Of a DNA stretch of 64,000 nucleotides, positions 44,874 through 53,377 are shown one piece after another. The notes under the pieces are model-generated. The model was given only the letters and a program-made list of their open reading frames with translations. It searched no databases and was not told where the DNA came from. The stretch covers positions 322,208 through 386,207 of the forward strand of contig OZ246406.1 of NCBI GenBank assembly GCA_965231045.1. The letters are read 5' to 3'. The position numbers and the translations under genes are program-made. Positions within the stretch are counted from its first letter, which is position 1, and each line of letters starts with the position of its first letter. The DNA is from an uncultured Candidatus Saccharibacteria bacterium (lineage in GTDB: Bacteria > Patescibacteriota > Saccharimonadia > Saccharimonadales > JAGQNJ01).

Positions 44874-45779
44874 ATGTCTCAGCAAACAACATTCAATATT
44901 CAACCAAAGGGAGAATTTGATCTTTTGTATCAAAACCAGTTCTTTAATGGCTGGCCACTACTTAGCGACCAAAACACAATTGTTATGGCCTTCCCGGTTG
45001 AAGGCTGGCAAGAATCGGCGGCCGTCACATTAAAACAAAATGATGATAAATCTGTCACCTTTACAGTTTATGGGCCGAAAAATATTGCCGAAAAAGCACG
45101 TGATCAGGCCCTAGCCGCACTTTCGCTTGATGAAGACGGATCCGGGTGGCACCAAGTCGGCAATCGGGATACAACCCTTAAACAGCTACAGGAAAAGTAC
45201 CATTACATACGTCCAAGTATGTTTCACTCCCCTTATGAAGCAACTGCCCATTTTATGATTGGTCACCGAATTTCAATGGTTCAAGGTCGCAAGATCCGTG
45301 AGCGTATATCACAAGAGTTTGGTGAAAAGTTCATGATTGATGGGCAGACTTTTTATGCCTTCCCCGCTCCGCAAGTATTACTTACAGTAAATGAATTTGC
45401 CGGCCTAAATCAAACCAAAATCGATCGTTTGCACGCTTTGGCACAAGCCGCTCTAGATGGTTGGCTTGATCGTAAAACATTACGTCAAATGGATGAAGAA
45501 GCGGCATTGGCTAAACTAGAAACGCTACCGGGAGTTGGGAGCTTTTTCTCACAGGGGATTCTTGATCGTGGTGCCGGGCGCGCGGATGGCATGACACATG
45601 ATGACCTTACTTATCATGCCATTGGCTTGCGCTATAACCTGGGCGATAAACCAACCAAAGATCAGGTATTAAAAATTGCTGAAAGTTGGCACCCTTATCG
45701 AATGTGGGCAGTTGTTCTACACCATATCTGGTTAAGAGAATCTGGCAATATGCCAAAACGTACGTTTAGTAAGCGTTAG
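44874..45779 (+). CDS. DNA-3-methyladenine glycosylase II family (AlkA-like HhH-GPD)
   Basis: HhH hairpin LETLPGVGSFFSQGIL followed by the Asp-containing loop GRADGMTHDD. AlkA-like N-terminal domain. Confidence 0.7.
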   Translation: MSQQTTFNIQPKGEFDLLYQNQFFNGWPLLSDQNTIVMAFPVEGWQESAAVTLKQNDDKSVTFTVYGPKNIAEKARDQALAALSLDEDGSGWHQVGNRDTTLKQLQEKYHYIRPSMFHSPYEATAHFMIGHRISMVQGRKIRERISQEFGEKFMIDGQTFYAFPAPQVLLTVNEFAGLNQTKIDRLHALAQAALDGWLDRKTLRQMDEEAALAKLETLPGVGSFFSQGILDRGAGRADGMTHDDLTYHAIGLRYNLGDKPTKDQVLKIAESWHPYRMWAVVLHHIWLRESGNMPKRTFSKR

Positions 45780-45813
45780 TACTATAATGGTTAGAGAATA
45801 ACTAGGAGGAACT

Positions 45814-46014
45814 ATGACAAAAGCAACTAAAACAGTAAAAGTTATTGATAAAAGTGGGCCGACTGGTTTTGTATTTTTTGTAGCCTGGTTTGGGGCTGCG
45901 ATTTATTTCGTCCAACACTCCGTTGGATTTTGGGGGTTTATACTCGCCCTGCTAAAAGCCTGCGTCTGGCCAGCTTACGTTCTGTACTACGTTCTAAAGT
46001 TATTCCACGCCTAA
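45814..46014 (+). CDS. small two-TM membrane protein (66 aa)
   Basis: AGGAGG SD 5 nt upstream. Two hydrophobic helices. Confidence 0.6.
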   Translation: MTKATKTVKVIDKSGPTGFVFFVAWFGAAIYFVQHSVGFWGFILALLKACVWPAYVLYYVLKLFHA

Positions 46015-46881
46015 ACTACTAGGATAAACAATTTCACCAATCGTGAATGCTTCGGCGCCAATCCTCGGGTTAGGGTCGGGAAATATAATCACATCCTCTG
46101 GCTCGGCATATACAGTCGTTCTACCATCGAATGCCACAAAAAGGTTCCCGTGCAAATTTTCAAAATTTTTAAAATTTTTGGCTAACTTATAGGCTGTGTC
46201 TTTACGTATATACGCTTGTTTGGCTCGAACATAAGTTGGATTGCCAAACAACGGCGCAAATTGTTCATCGATTAAGCCTTGTGCAGCTAAGAATCTTGGT
46301 ACAATCTCCGCGCCCAAGCGCTGACTAGGAGTTGGCTGCTGCATGGCCCCAAGCTCATAACATATACCCACCTTGCCCTGTTCATACATATAGCCATCTG
46401 TACCACCTGGCTCAGTCTTGCTCCAACCAAAAGAAATAATCGGTGCGCCTATCGCTCTGGCAGTTTCAAAGGCATTTGGCTCACAGATAATAAAAGGTCC
46501 TGATCCCATATATTGGTGTTGATGCATATCCATGGCTGCTTGGCTCTCATCCATGTATGGCATTAGCTCCTGGGCGCGCCGTAGCTCGTAAGGCCAATCT
46601 GAAGGATCTTGATCTTGCTCTTCTTCAGCTAGAGGTCTAAAACATCGATTTAGATTGGTATCTGTGAAACGTATCCTTTGCTTGACAGCTTCGGGATTGC
46701 CAATGGCCATGATAAGTTTGCCACAGTCTATACCCACGTTGTAACGAGCTTGATCAATGACCATTGAACCAGCTAATTCATCACCGTGAACACTACCCAA
46801 GACCATAACAGTTGGTCCGGGCTCGTTGCTTTCGTTTATCCAGACGCTTTCAGTGTCTGCAGCTTCCCAATTTGTCGCCAT
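46000..46881 (-). CDS. succinylglutamate desuccinylase/aspartoacylase (AstE-AspA, M14-like) family protein
   Basis: VMVLGSVHGDELAG (HxxE Zn site), IGNPEAVKQRIRFTDTNLNRCF, and a C-terminal beta domain. AGAGG SD. Confidence 0.65.
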   Translation of the reverse strand: MATNWEAADTESVWINESNEPGPTVMVLGSVHGDELAGSMVIDQARYNVGIDCGKLIMAIGNPEAVKQRIRFTDTNLNRCFRPLAEEEQDQDPSDWPYELRRAQELMPYMDESQAAMDMHQHQYMGSGPFIICEPNAFETARAIGAPIISFGWSKTEPGGTDGYMYEQGKVGICYELGAMQQPTPSQRLGAEIVPRFLAAQGLIDEQFAPLFGNPTYVRAKQAYIRKDTAYKLAKNFKNFENLHGNLFVAFDGRTTVYAEPEDVIIFPDPNPRIGAEAFTIGEIVYPSSLGVE

Positions 46882-47011
46882 AAATACCTCTTGTAATAGC
46901 TATACTTTATACTTTTTATCACTTCTGTCAAATACCCTTTGTTCTCGTGCACAAAAAAAGTACTAGCATTATCACAAATAATGAGTTAAAATCTTCTAGT
47001 TACCTCTGTTT

Positions 47012-48340
47012 GTGAGCGAAATTCTTTCGAAACAATATATGTTAATAACCGATACAAAAGCCCCTGAGCTGCCTTATGATTTTGTCACGAAAAAACGTGT
47101 CTCTCTTTCGACGTATTTTCCAAACGGTACGAAATATTTTTATGGTTACCCTGCTGGTCAAGCCTCGGGATTCTTAAATAAAGTTGGACCAATTGTAGAA
47201 GAACTGGTCGCCGCTAGGTCAGTAAGTTGTGCTGGTCATGCAGTATCTGTTATTAAGTTTGCTGCTACTAGTGGAGAATTAGTCGGACAAGATTTGCTTG
47301 ATAAGCTTGGGGTCCCTCAGTTACCGAATCACCAAGTAACTTTATTGCCAAGGGAAATCGATGCTAATTTGAAGGGTGATGAACGTAATGAAGCTATCAA
47401 AAAAGCCCTACTAGAATCTGTTGCACCAGGATCGCTCGTTATGGCTCAACCATACACTGATGAAAAAATGAAAAGTTTATACAAGATATCCCCTGAGCTG
47501 TGTACATGGGTTAATGACAAAAATAATATGGAGAAGTACATCTCGGATTACTTACTCCCAAAGCGTTTCGGGTTGTTTAGTAGTGGTGATGAGTTCATCG
47601 CCAATTATCATAAAATGCCCCTGCCTTGCGTTGTAAAAGTTTCTTCTTCAAGCGCAGGTGATGGTGTTCATATTTGTCAAACAAAACAAGACATGCAGAA
47701 GGCCGTCAAAGAGCTAAAACATATTACCGGGACTATTCTCGTAGAACAGTTTATTAAAGCCAAAAAGAACTTTGGATTACATTTTGGGATACCTTTTGAT
47801 AAACGTAAACCTATCGATCTTATTGGTGTTAACGAACAGCTAACGACTAGTGAGGGCGAATTTATCGGTGGTATTATCAAAGAATCTGGCCTGCCGCCAG
47901 AGCTTTTGCCGATTGAGCAATATCTTTTAACCGAAATTTTGCCAGCAGTTCGCGAAAAAGGTTGGTACGGTATAGGTTGTTTTGATGTGCTCTGTGACGA
48001 ACGCAACCGCCTGTATATCATTGACAGTAATTTCCGAATAACAGGTATGTCAGCTTATCACTTGTTGATTTCAAATGGCACTATTAAGTCACCGCTTATG
48101 AGTTTTAGCGCTGAATTTACAGGTAGCCGCGAGGAATTTGAGCAGTCACTAATACCATATGCCGGCGTTGGTGAGCCACTTAAAATGGTGCAACTAATTG
48201 CAATAACTAACTATGGAAAACATTGGAATTTCAATGGTTCCCTCTTTTTCAGCAGCGAAGAAGAGCTCAAGCAACGCGCTCGAACACTCATTGATCTTGG
48301 CGTTAAATCTCAAGCACTAAGTCAGCTTGTAAACTCATAG
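47012..48340 (+). CDS. ATP-grasp domain protein with an uncharacterised about 190-aa N-terminal region
   Basis: PCVVKVSSSSAGDGVHIC, ILVEQFI, WYGIGCFDVLCDERNRLYIIDSNFRITG (ATP-grasp B/C-domain pattern). GTG start at 47012 or ATG at 47039. Confidence 0.62.
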   Translation: MSEILSKQYMLITDTKAPELPYDFVTKKRVSLSTYFPNGTKYFYGYPAGQASGFLNKVGPIVEELVAARSVSCAGHAVSVIKFAATSGELVGQDLLDKLGVPQLPNHQVTLLPREIDANLKGDERNEAIKKALLESVAPGSLVMAQPYTDEKMKSLYKISPELCTWVNDKNNMEKYISDYLLPKRFGLFSSGDEFIANYHKMPLPCVVKVSSSSAGDGVHICQTKQDMQKAVKELKHITGTILVEQFIKAKKNFGLHFGIPFDKRKPIDLIGVNEQLTTSEGEFIGGIIKESGLPPELLPIEQYLLTEILPAVREKGWYGIGCFDVLCDERNRLYIIDSNFRITGMSAYHLLISNGTIKSPLMSFSAEFTGSREEFEQSLIPYAGVGEPLKMVQLIAITNYGKHWNFNGSLFFSSEEELKQRARTLIDLGVKSQALSQLVNS

Positions 48341-48362
48341 ACTCTGTTCTCTAATCCTAAGA

Positions 48363-48371
48363 TGCTACAAT
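48363..48371 (+). promoter_or_regulatory. extended -10 TGCTACAAT 6 nt before the ATG (leaderless-type promoter)
   Basis: TGcTACAAT-ggcatc-ATG(48378). No SD. Confidence 0.5.
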
Positions 48372-48377
48372 GGCATC

Positions 48378-48677
48378 ATGGATCACAAACTTACACATGA
48401 GGAAATTCAGTCAATTAAAGATGGGCGAGCTATACTACTGGATGTTCGAAGCGAAGCCGAGCTAGCAGAAAGAAGCTGTAGTTATGCAAAACACTGGGAT
48501 TTTGACGAAATGACACGTGGAATTTTTCCAAACTACTCAAAAGATTTGCCAATATTCGTCTTTTGCCGCTCTGGAAATAGATCTGCCGTTGCGCAGTCAA
48601 TGCTTAATAAGCAAGGCTATGATGATGTCCACAACTTAGGAGGCATCAATAGCATCCCTGACGAACTGTGTAAATAA
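48378..48677 (+). CDS. single-domain rhodanese (sulfurtransferase)
   Basis: Active-site loop FCRSGNRS (CxxxxR). 99 aa. Confidence 0.85.
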   Translation: MDHKLTHEEIQSIKDGRAILLDVRSEAELAERSCSYAKHWDFDEMTRGIFPNYSKDLPIFVFCRSGNRSAVAQSMLNKQGYDDVHNLGGINSIPDELCK

Positions 48678-48693
48678 TTATAGGAGGCAAATT

Positions 48694-48715
48694 GGGGAGG
48701 CCTGCCTACCTCCCC
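48694..48715. terminator. GC-rich hairpin between convergent genes
   Basis: GGGGAGG-n8-CCTCCCC. No strong U tract on either side, so terminator function is tentative. Confidence 0.4.
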
Positions 48716-48805
48716 GTGACCTGCGCAGTATGTCCCGAATTTTATGAATTCAGAACATTACCAGCATAACAATTTGGCAATATCTTTCCATAAGAAATCT
48801 TACAG

Positions 48806-49525
48806 TTAATCAAATACCAGAGCCTTGAAATGATCGTCGCCAATAATTTCGAAAAGTTTAGATTCATCAACAACATATTTCTGTCGAACGTAACTAATAA
48901 CCCCTAATTTTTTGAGCTTACTCATTTCTACAGCTGTAGTTTCTCTAGTTAGACCAACTAAATTAGCTATATCTTGATGGGTAAGTTTAATCCTGATTTG
49001 GATTTGGTTTTTGCGAAGTCGTTTTCCATAACGCTGAATAAGATAATAAATTGTATACATTATCTTCTCTTTCGCCCTTGGTTGCTCAAGTGCAGTAATG
49101 CGCATAACCGAAGCGATGTAGTTGTTCACATAGTAGTCTAAAAATACTCGTAGTATAAGATTATTTGCATAGATGAAGTTTAAGAATTCTTCTCTATCAA
49201 ACATATATATTTCACAGTCGGTCAGTGCTTGATAAAAGTATAAAACAACAGGTGTTTTACCAAATACCCATGGTGTTGGGAAAACCTCACTAGGAAGTTG
49301 AAAGTTAATGAGCTGCTCCTCACCAGATGAGGTAAGGTTATAGACTTTTACTATGCCACTTTTTAGAATTGCAGCTGATTCAGGTGATTCCCCCTGGTGG
49401 AAAATCAACGTACCTGCTTTGATGCGACGCTTGACAGTGTTATTTAGAATTGGAGAAAGTAGCTTGACTGGGTCAATCGATGTACCATTTGCTAACGCAA
49501 ACTTGTCCTGCTCTCTAAACTTCAT
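48806..49525 (-). CDS. Crp/Fnr-family transcriptional regulator
   Basis: N-terminal cNMP-binding beta-roll and C-terminal HTH (THQDIANLVGLTRETTAVEMSKLKKLGVI). No FNR-type Cys cluster. Confidence 0.82.
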   Translation of the reverse strand: MKFREQDKFALANGTSIDPVKLLSPILNNTVKRRIKAGTLIFHQGESPESAAILKSGIVKVYNLTSSGEEQLINFQLPSEVFPTPWVFGKTPVVLYFYQALTDCEIYMFDREEFLNFIYANNLILRVFLDYYVNNYIASVMRITALEQPRAKEKIMYTIYYLIQRYGKRLRKNQIQIRIKLTHQDIANLVGLTRETTAVEMSKLKKLGVISYVRQKYVVDESKLFEIIGDDHFKALVFD

Positions 49526-49533
49526 GTAGGCCT

Positions 49534-49539
49534 ATTATA
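49534..49539 (-). promoter_or_regulatory. TATAAT 8 nt upstream of the crp-like ATG (leaderless-type promoter)
   Basis: Minus strand reads ttaTATAATaggcctacATG. No SD. Confidence 0.5.
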
Positions 49540-49570
49540 TAACTATTTTTATACATTACGAGTTGTCAGC

Positions 49571-49576
49571 TATACT
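49571..49576 (+). promoter_or_regulatory. TATACT 7 nt before the ATG at 49584 (leaderless-type promoter)
   Basis: TATACT-aaaagtt-ATG. Argues for 49584 rather than the TTG at 49563 as the start. Confidence 0.5.
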
Positions 49577-49583
49577 AAAAGTT

Positions 49584-50243
49584 ATGAAAACAAAATATCG
49601 AGTGGAACCAACCTGGCATGTAGCCTTGGCCGTACTGGCTGCTATTTTCCTACAGTTAGTACTTAAGAGTGACCTGACAGTTACGCCAAAATTCATTATG
49701 GCCGCGCTTGAGGTATTATTACTGATTGGATTATTCTCAACTAGACCAAGTGACGAAACAAAGCAAGATCATAAGCAAGCTATCCGACGATTATTTTCGA
49801 TTGGTCTTATTGCACTAATTTCTGTTACTAATATTGTTTCACTGGTATTAGTAACCCATGCGCTACTTATTACTCATAGCGCTACTATTGGACGTGAACT
49901 AATCATTTCGGCCATTGCGATATATGCGACCAACATCATCATCTTCGGTTTGTGGTATTGGGAGTTAGACGGCGGCGGTCCTGGCGGTAGGGGCAGCCAC
50001 TTGCCACCAATCGACTTTCTGTTTCCGCAGCTAAGCACGCCCGAAAGCGTTACCAAAGAACCGAATTGGAGCCCGACTTTCCTAGATTATCTATTTGTAT
50101 CAATTACTAATGCAACCGCTTTTAGCCCGACTGACGCACTTCCACTAACTCATCGTGCCAAAGCACTCATGAGCGTACAAGCCATCGTTTCACTTACAAC
50201 CATTGCCGTTGTTGCCGCTCGTGCAATCAATATACTAGTCTAA
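49584..50243 (+). CDS. DUF1345-like integral membrane protein
   Basis: Four or five TM helices plus LWYWELDGGGPGG...IDFLFPQ...FLDYLFVSITNATAFSPTD, which fits my memory of DUF1345. Confidence 0.5.
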   Translation: MKTKYRVEPTWHVALAVLAAIFLQLVLKSDLTVTPKFIMAALEVLLLIGLFSTRPSDETKQDHKQAIRRLFSIGLIALISVTNIVSLVLVTHALLITHSATIGRELIISAIAIYATNIIIFGLWYWELDGGGPGGRGSHLPPIDFLFPQLSTPESVTKEPNWSPTFLDYLFVSITNATAFSPTDALPLTHRAKALMSVQAIVSLTTIAVVAARAINILV

Positions 50244-50755
50244 GACTTTTCTATTCCACCACAGAGTAGGCGTGGTCCACCGCTTATGCCGGAGCCAGAT
50301 TCGCCCGGAGCATAAGGATCTGGGTTGGCATGAACCATAATTGAAGTTCCCTCTTCTGGTTGCAAAATTGAAACTGGGCCATCACTGAGAGTAACCCTAG
50401 TTGTGAGACACTCTAGGTGACCTTTGCCGTTTTCATCAACAGTAATGCTCGGCAAATCCCCCGCGTGAAAACCATGATTAGTATCTGGGTCAGTATTCCC
50501 ACTTGGGCCTGGATCAAAATGCCCGCCTGCACATTTGAAGTCTTCACAATCACAGTCTGACTTCTCATGAATGTGTACAGCATGCTTGCCAGCCTTAAGT
50601 TCACTCGGGTCACCAGAAATATCAAGAACAATGCGCACGTACTTAGCTCCATCAACATCATATTCAGTAAATTCAGCAGTTCCGCTACCCTTTCCATGAA
50701 GTTTGGCAACAGCTTTGGCAGCTATTTTTTTGTCATCTGATTGTAAATCAAGCAT
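50240..50755 (-). CDS. sodC: Cu/Zn superoxide dismutase-like protein without signal peptide
   Basis: Metal ligands HAVHIHE, AGGHFDP, HGFHAGDLP, IMVHANPD. Disulfide Cys in KCAGG and LLCGG. TATAAT plus AGAGGG upstream. Confidence 0.8.
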   Translation of the reverse strand: MLDLQSDDKKIAAKAVAKLHGKGSGTAEFTEYDVDGAKYVRIVLDISGDPSELKAGKHAVHIHEKSDCDCEDFKCAGGHFDPGPSGNTDPDTNHGFHAGDLPSITVDENGKGHLECLTTRVTLSDGPVSILQPEEGTSIMVHANPDPYAPGESGSGISGGPRLLCGGIEKS

Positions 50756-50793
50756 ATAAAACCCTCTTTCTGCTAATAATTATAGCAAAGCCC

Positions 50794-51621
50794 TTAACTA
50801 TCTGGGCCTGGATCGTCTATATATCGATTAAAAAACTCTTCCATGCTAACTGGATGTTCTTTGGGGCTCATTAGTGCAAGACGAGCCATAAGTTGATGCT
50901 TTGAAAGAGGGTATATATTTTGAGGTTTATAATATAGCTCTTTAATACCCTGAATAATCCAGTTTGTTTGTGTCACATTGTCTGTAACATCTCTTAATAA
51001 ACTATCTCGAACCAAACCTAAGGCAACCCCACTCCTTAACCCTGCATGATCTCTCCGAATTGCCAGTTGAAGTTCTGCGTATTCCTTATCGTTCAGTTCT
51101 CCGTGATTTTGAGCATATTCGCCAAAAAGCCATTCGCTTATTGCATATTGGCCCAAATAGCAATATGCTTGTCCATTCCAATCAGGAATATATTTGTTAT
51201 ATCGATCCTGCATAGACACAGAATTACCAAGCGCATCACCAACAAGTTCATAGAACCCCCAACCAAGAACTGCACTATTTACAGAAGTTTCTGGTTTAAT
51301 GCCCATCGATTCCATTAAACTCTCTAGAAATCTTTTTTTGTCAGATAAATCAAATCTACTTAGAACCGCGTTGCGGTGCCATGTTCTTCCCCCATCTTCT
51401 CGACGAGATACTACAGATAAAGTCGATCCGTGTTTTCCTGGGTCTTCAATAACTAACTCAAGATCAGCTACGTGACGCGATAAAACTGCAAGATACTCAG
51501 GCGCAAGACCAACACTATCAAAGTAATCGACTATTGTACCGACCTGAGACTCTGCGTATTCAGTACCAAAACGCCTGTAGGAAGCTGGCGTATCACCAGA
51601 AAAAGTTATACTTTCTACCAT
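50794..51621 (-). CDS. hypothetical protein (275 aa)
   Basis: ORF only. No motif recognised. Confidence 0.5.
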   Translation of the reverse strand: MVESITFSGDTPASYRRFGTEYAESQVGTIVDYFDSVGLAPEYLAVLSRHVADLELVIEDPGKHGSTLSVVSRREDGGRTWHRNAVLSRFDLSDKKRFLESLMESMGIKPETSVNSAVLGWGFYELVGDALGNSVSMQDRYNKYIPDWNGQAYCYLGQYAISEWLFGEYAQNHGELNDKEYAELQLAIRRDHAGLRSGVALGLVRDSLLRDVTDNVTQTNWIIQGIKELYYKPQNIYPLSKHQLMARLALMSPKEHPVSMEEFFNRYIDDPGPDS

Positions 51622-51647
51622 AAAGCATACTATACAATAATACTGTA

Positions 51648-52292
51648 CTATTTACTAGACTTTTGTCGCCAGTCGTCGATGTTTTTGTGGTGGCCACTTA
51701 ATAGAACGTCCGGTACGCTCATACCTTCAAATTCCTCAGGACGAGTGTAATGTGGATGCTCTATCATTTCATCATCATCTTGGAAGGATTCTTTTTCGGC
51801 ACTAGTTTCCCCACCAAGAACACCTGGCAATAAGCGTACGACTGAATCAATAATTGTCATGGTGGGCAGTTCTCCGCCAGTAAGTACATAGTTCCCAATA
51901 CAAAACTGATCATCTACCCATCTTGTGATTCGTTCGTCATAACCTTCATAGCGAGCGCAAACGAAAATTAAATCCTGATTTTCTGCTGCGAGTTTTTTAG
52001 CTATAGATTGTTTGTAAATTTTCCCTCTAGGTGTTGGTAAAATTACTTTGGCATCTGGTGAGATTGTCCTGGCATGTTCGATAGCAGCCACAACAGGTTC
52101 TGGCCTAAGCACCATACCATCACCCCCGCCATAAGGCACATCATCAACTTGCTTGCGTGGGCCAATACCAAAATCACGTAGATTTATGTATTCAAACTCT
52201 ACAGCACCAATTTCCTGAGCTTTATGGAGCATACTAGCATTTAGTACACCCTGAAACATTTCAGGAAACAGTGCAATAATAATAACTTTCAT
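51648..52292 (-). CDS. trmD: tRNA (guanine37-N1)-methyltransferase
   Basis: DDVPYGGGDGMVL, ARYEGYDERI, IGNYVLTGGELP. Confidence 0.95.
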   Translation of the reverse strand: MKVIIIALFPEMFQGVLNASMLHKAQEIGAVEFEYINLRDFGIGPRKQVDDVPYGGGDGMVLRPEPVVAAIEHARTISPDAKVILPTPRGKIYKQSIAKKLAAENQDLIFVCARYEGYDERITRWVDDQFCIGNYVLTGGELPTMTIIDSVVRLLPGVLGGETSAEKESFQDDDEMIEHPHYTRPEEFEGMSVPDVLLSGHHKNIDDWRQKSSK

Positions 52293-52301
52293 GTCTAAAT
52301 C

Positions 52302-52754
52302 TTAGATATCAAGATCGTCTAGATCAGCTAACTCTTGGCGAGTTCGATCGGCAACACTACTAGTTTCGGTAGCTTCTTCTGGTTCAGATGTATCGTTATC
52401 TTTGCTTTCTTCTACAGGTGACTCTTCTGGCGCTTCAGCCTCGGCTTCATCATGGTTTTGTGGTTGTTCTTGTCGTTCAGGTCGCTCACGTCGTTCGTGT
52501 GGCTCACCGTTATCAACAATCTTTAGGTTGTAACGAGCGTCATTCTTGGTACCAAGTGCTCGTAACAAAGTTCGAAGCGCTTGAGCACCGGCACCCCGCT
52601 TACCAATAACACGCCCTAGATCCTGAGGATCTACGGTAAGTTCAAGCAAAACACCCTTCTCATCAATGGTCCGCTTTACTTCAACAGCATCGGGATTTCC
52701 CACTAGGGATTTAACGATATATTCAATAAATTGTTGGTCGATGGTATTACTCAT
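52302..52754 (-). CDS. KH-domain RNA-binding protein (YlqC-like) with a long acidic tail
   Basis: LGRVIGKRGAGAQALRTLL (GxxG KH loop). The last about 70 aa are E/D/P-rich. Confidence 0.85.
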   Translation of the reverse strand: MSNTIDQQFIEYIVKSLVGNPDAVEVKRTIDEKGVLLELTVDPQDLGRVIGKRGAGAQALRTLLRALGTKNDARYNLKIVDNGEPHERRERPERQEQPQNHDEAEAEAPEESPVEESKDNDTSEPEEATETSSVADRTRQELADLDDLDI

Positions 52755-52809
52755 AGTAGGGTCTCCTCTTTAAACTCTAGTCGTAGTTATATTATAGCAA
52801 AGAAAAATG

Positions 52810-53289
52810 CTATTTGGTTTCTTCTGTAGTTTCAGCTTCTGGGGCTTTTTCTTCAGGAGCAGTTTCTTCAGATGGCTCCTCTTTTTGTCCCTCAGCTGCT
52901 GTTTCAGCAGGAGTTTCTTCAGTTACCTCTGCCTCAGCTTCGGCTGGCGTTTCAGCTTCTGGGGCTTTTTCTTCGGCTGGTTGATTCTTGCGTAGTTTTT
53001 CTGGATTACGAGTTTTTCGTTCTTTAGGTTCGCTTAATTCAACCCACTTTGGAAGTTTAATACCTTCACTCTTAAGTAGTCGAGCAACGCGCTCAGATGG
53101 TTGCGCACCGTGATCAAGGTAAAATTGAGCTTTTTCTTTCTTGAGAGAAACAGTTTTGGCATGTGGGTCATAGCTACCAATATAGGCAACAACTCGGCCG
53201 CTAGTTGGTGATTTGTGGGCATCCTGAACAATTACGCGGTATTGGGCGTAACCTGATCGTCCCGTTCGTTGCAAACGAATAGCTAACAT
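52810..53289 (-). CDS. rpsP: 30S ribosomal protein S16 with an about 80-aa E/A/P-rich C-terminal extension
   Basis: MLAIRLQRTGRSGYAQYRVIVQDA...GSYDPH core, then EEKAPEAET repeats. Confidence 0.93.
   Translation of the reverse strand: MLAIRLQRTGRSGYAQYRVIVQDAHKSPTSGRVVAYIGSYDPHAKTVSLKKEKAQFYLDHGAQPSERVARLLKSEGIKLPKWVELSEPKERKTRNPEKLRKNQPAEEKAPEAETPAEAEAEVTEETPAETAAEGQKEEPSEETAPEEKAPEAETTEETK
52829..52974 (-). repeat. 26-bp perfect direct repeat (two copies 120 bp apart) inside the rpsP tail
   Basis: gtttcagcttctggggctttttcttc at 52829-52854 and 52949-52974. Encodes EEKAPEAET twice. Confidence 0.9.
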
Positions 53290-53327
53290 AAAACTTTACT
53301 CAAACTCTCTTTCTTACCTTCATTTAG

Positions 53328-53377
53328 ATTATAAAGCTAGTCCACGTTATTTTACAGATTACCGCCCCTGTTGTCAA
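53328..53377 (-). promoter_or_regulatory. rpsP operon promoter region (two candidate sigma70-type promoters)
   Basis: TTGACA (53372-77, overlapping the rnc stop) -17 nt- TAAAAT (53349-54), and TGTAAA -17 nt- TATAAT (53328-33). Confidence 0.55.

Noticed and set aside
46882-48377. Graspetide/RiPP cluster around the ATP-grasp gene
   Set aside because: No small precursor-like ORF with a Thr/Ser/Asp/Glu/Lys-rich core is present in the flanking spacers. The neighbouring 66-aa ORF is a two-TM membrane protein.
41076-51621. A bona fide genomic island or prophage downstream of tRNA-Gln
   Set aside because: There is no integrase, transposase, phage or conjugation gene, and no second distal copy of the att-like repeat in the window. 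Only the short tRNA 3' duplication is supported, so I report it as a scar-like feature rather than a mobile element.
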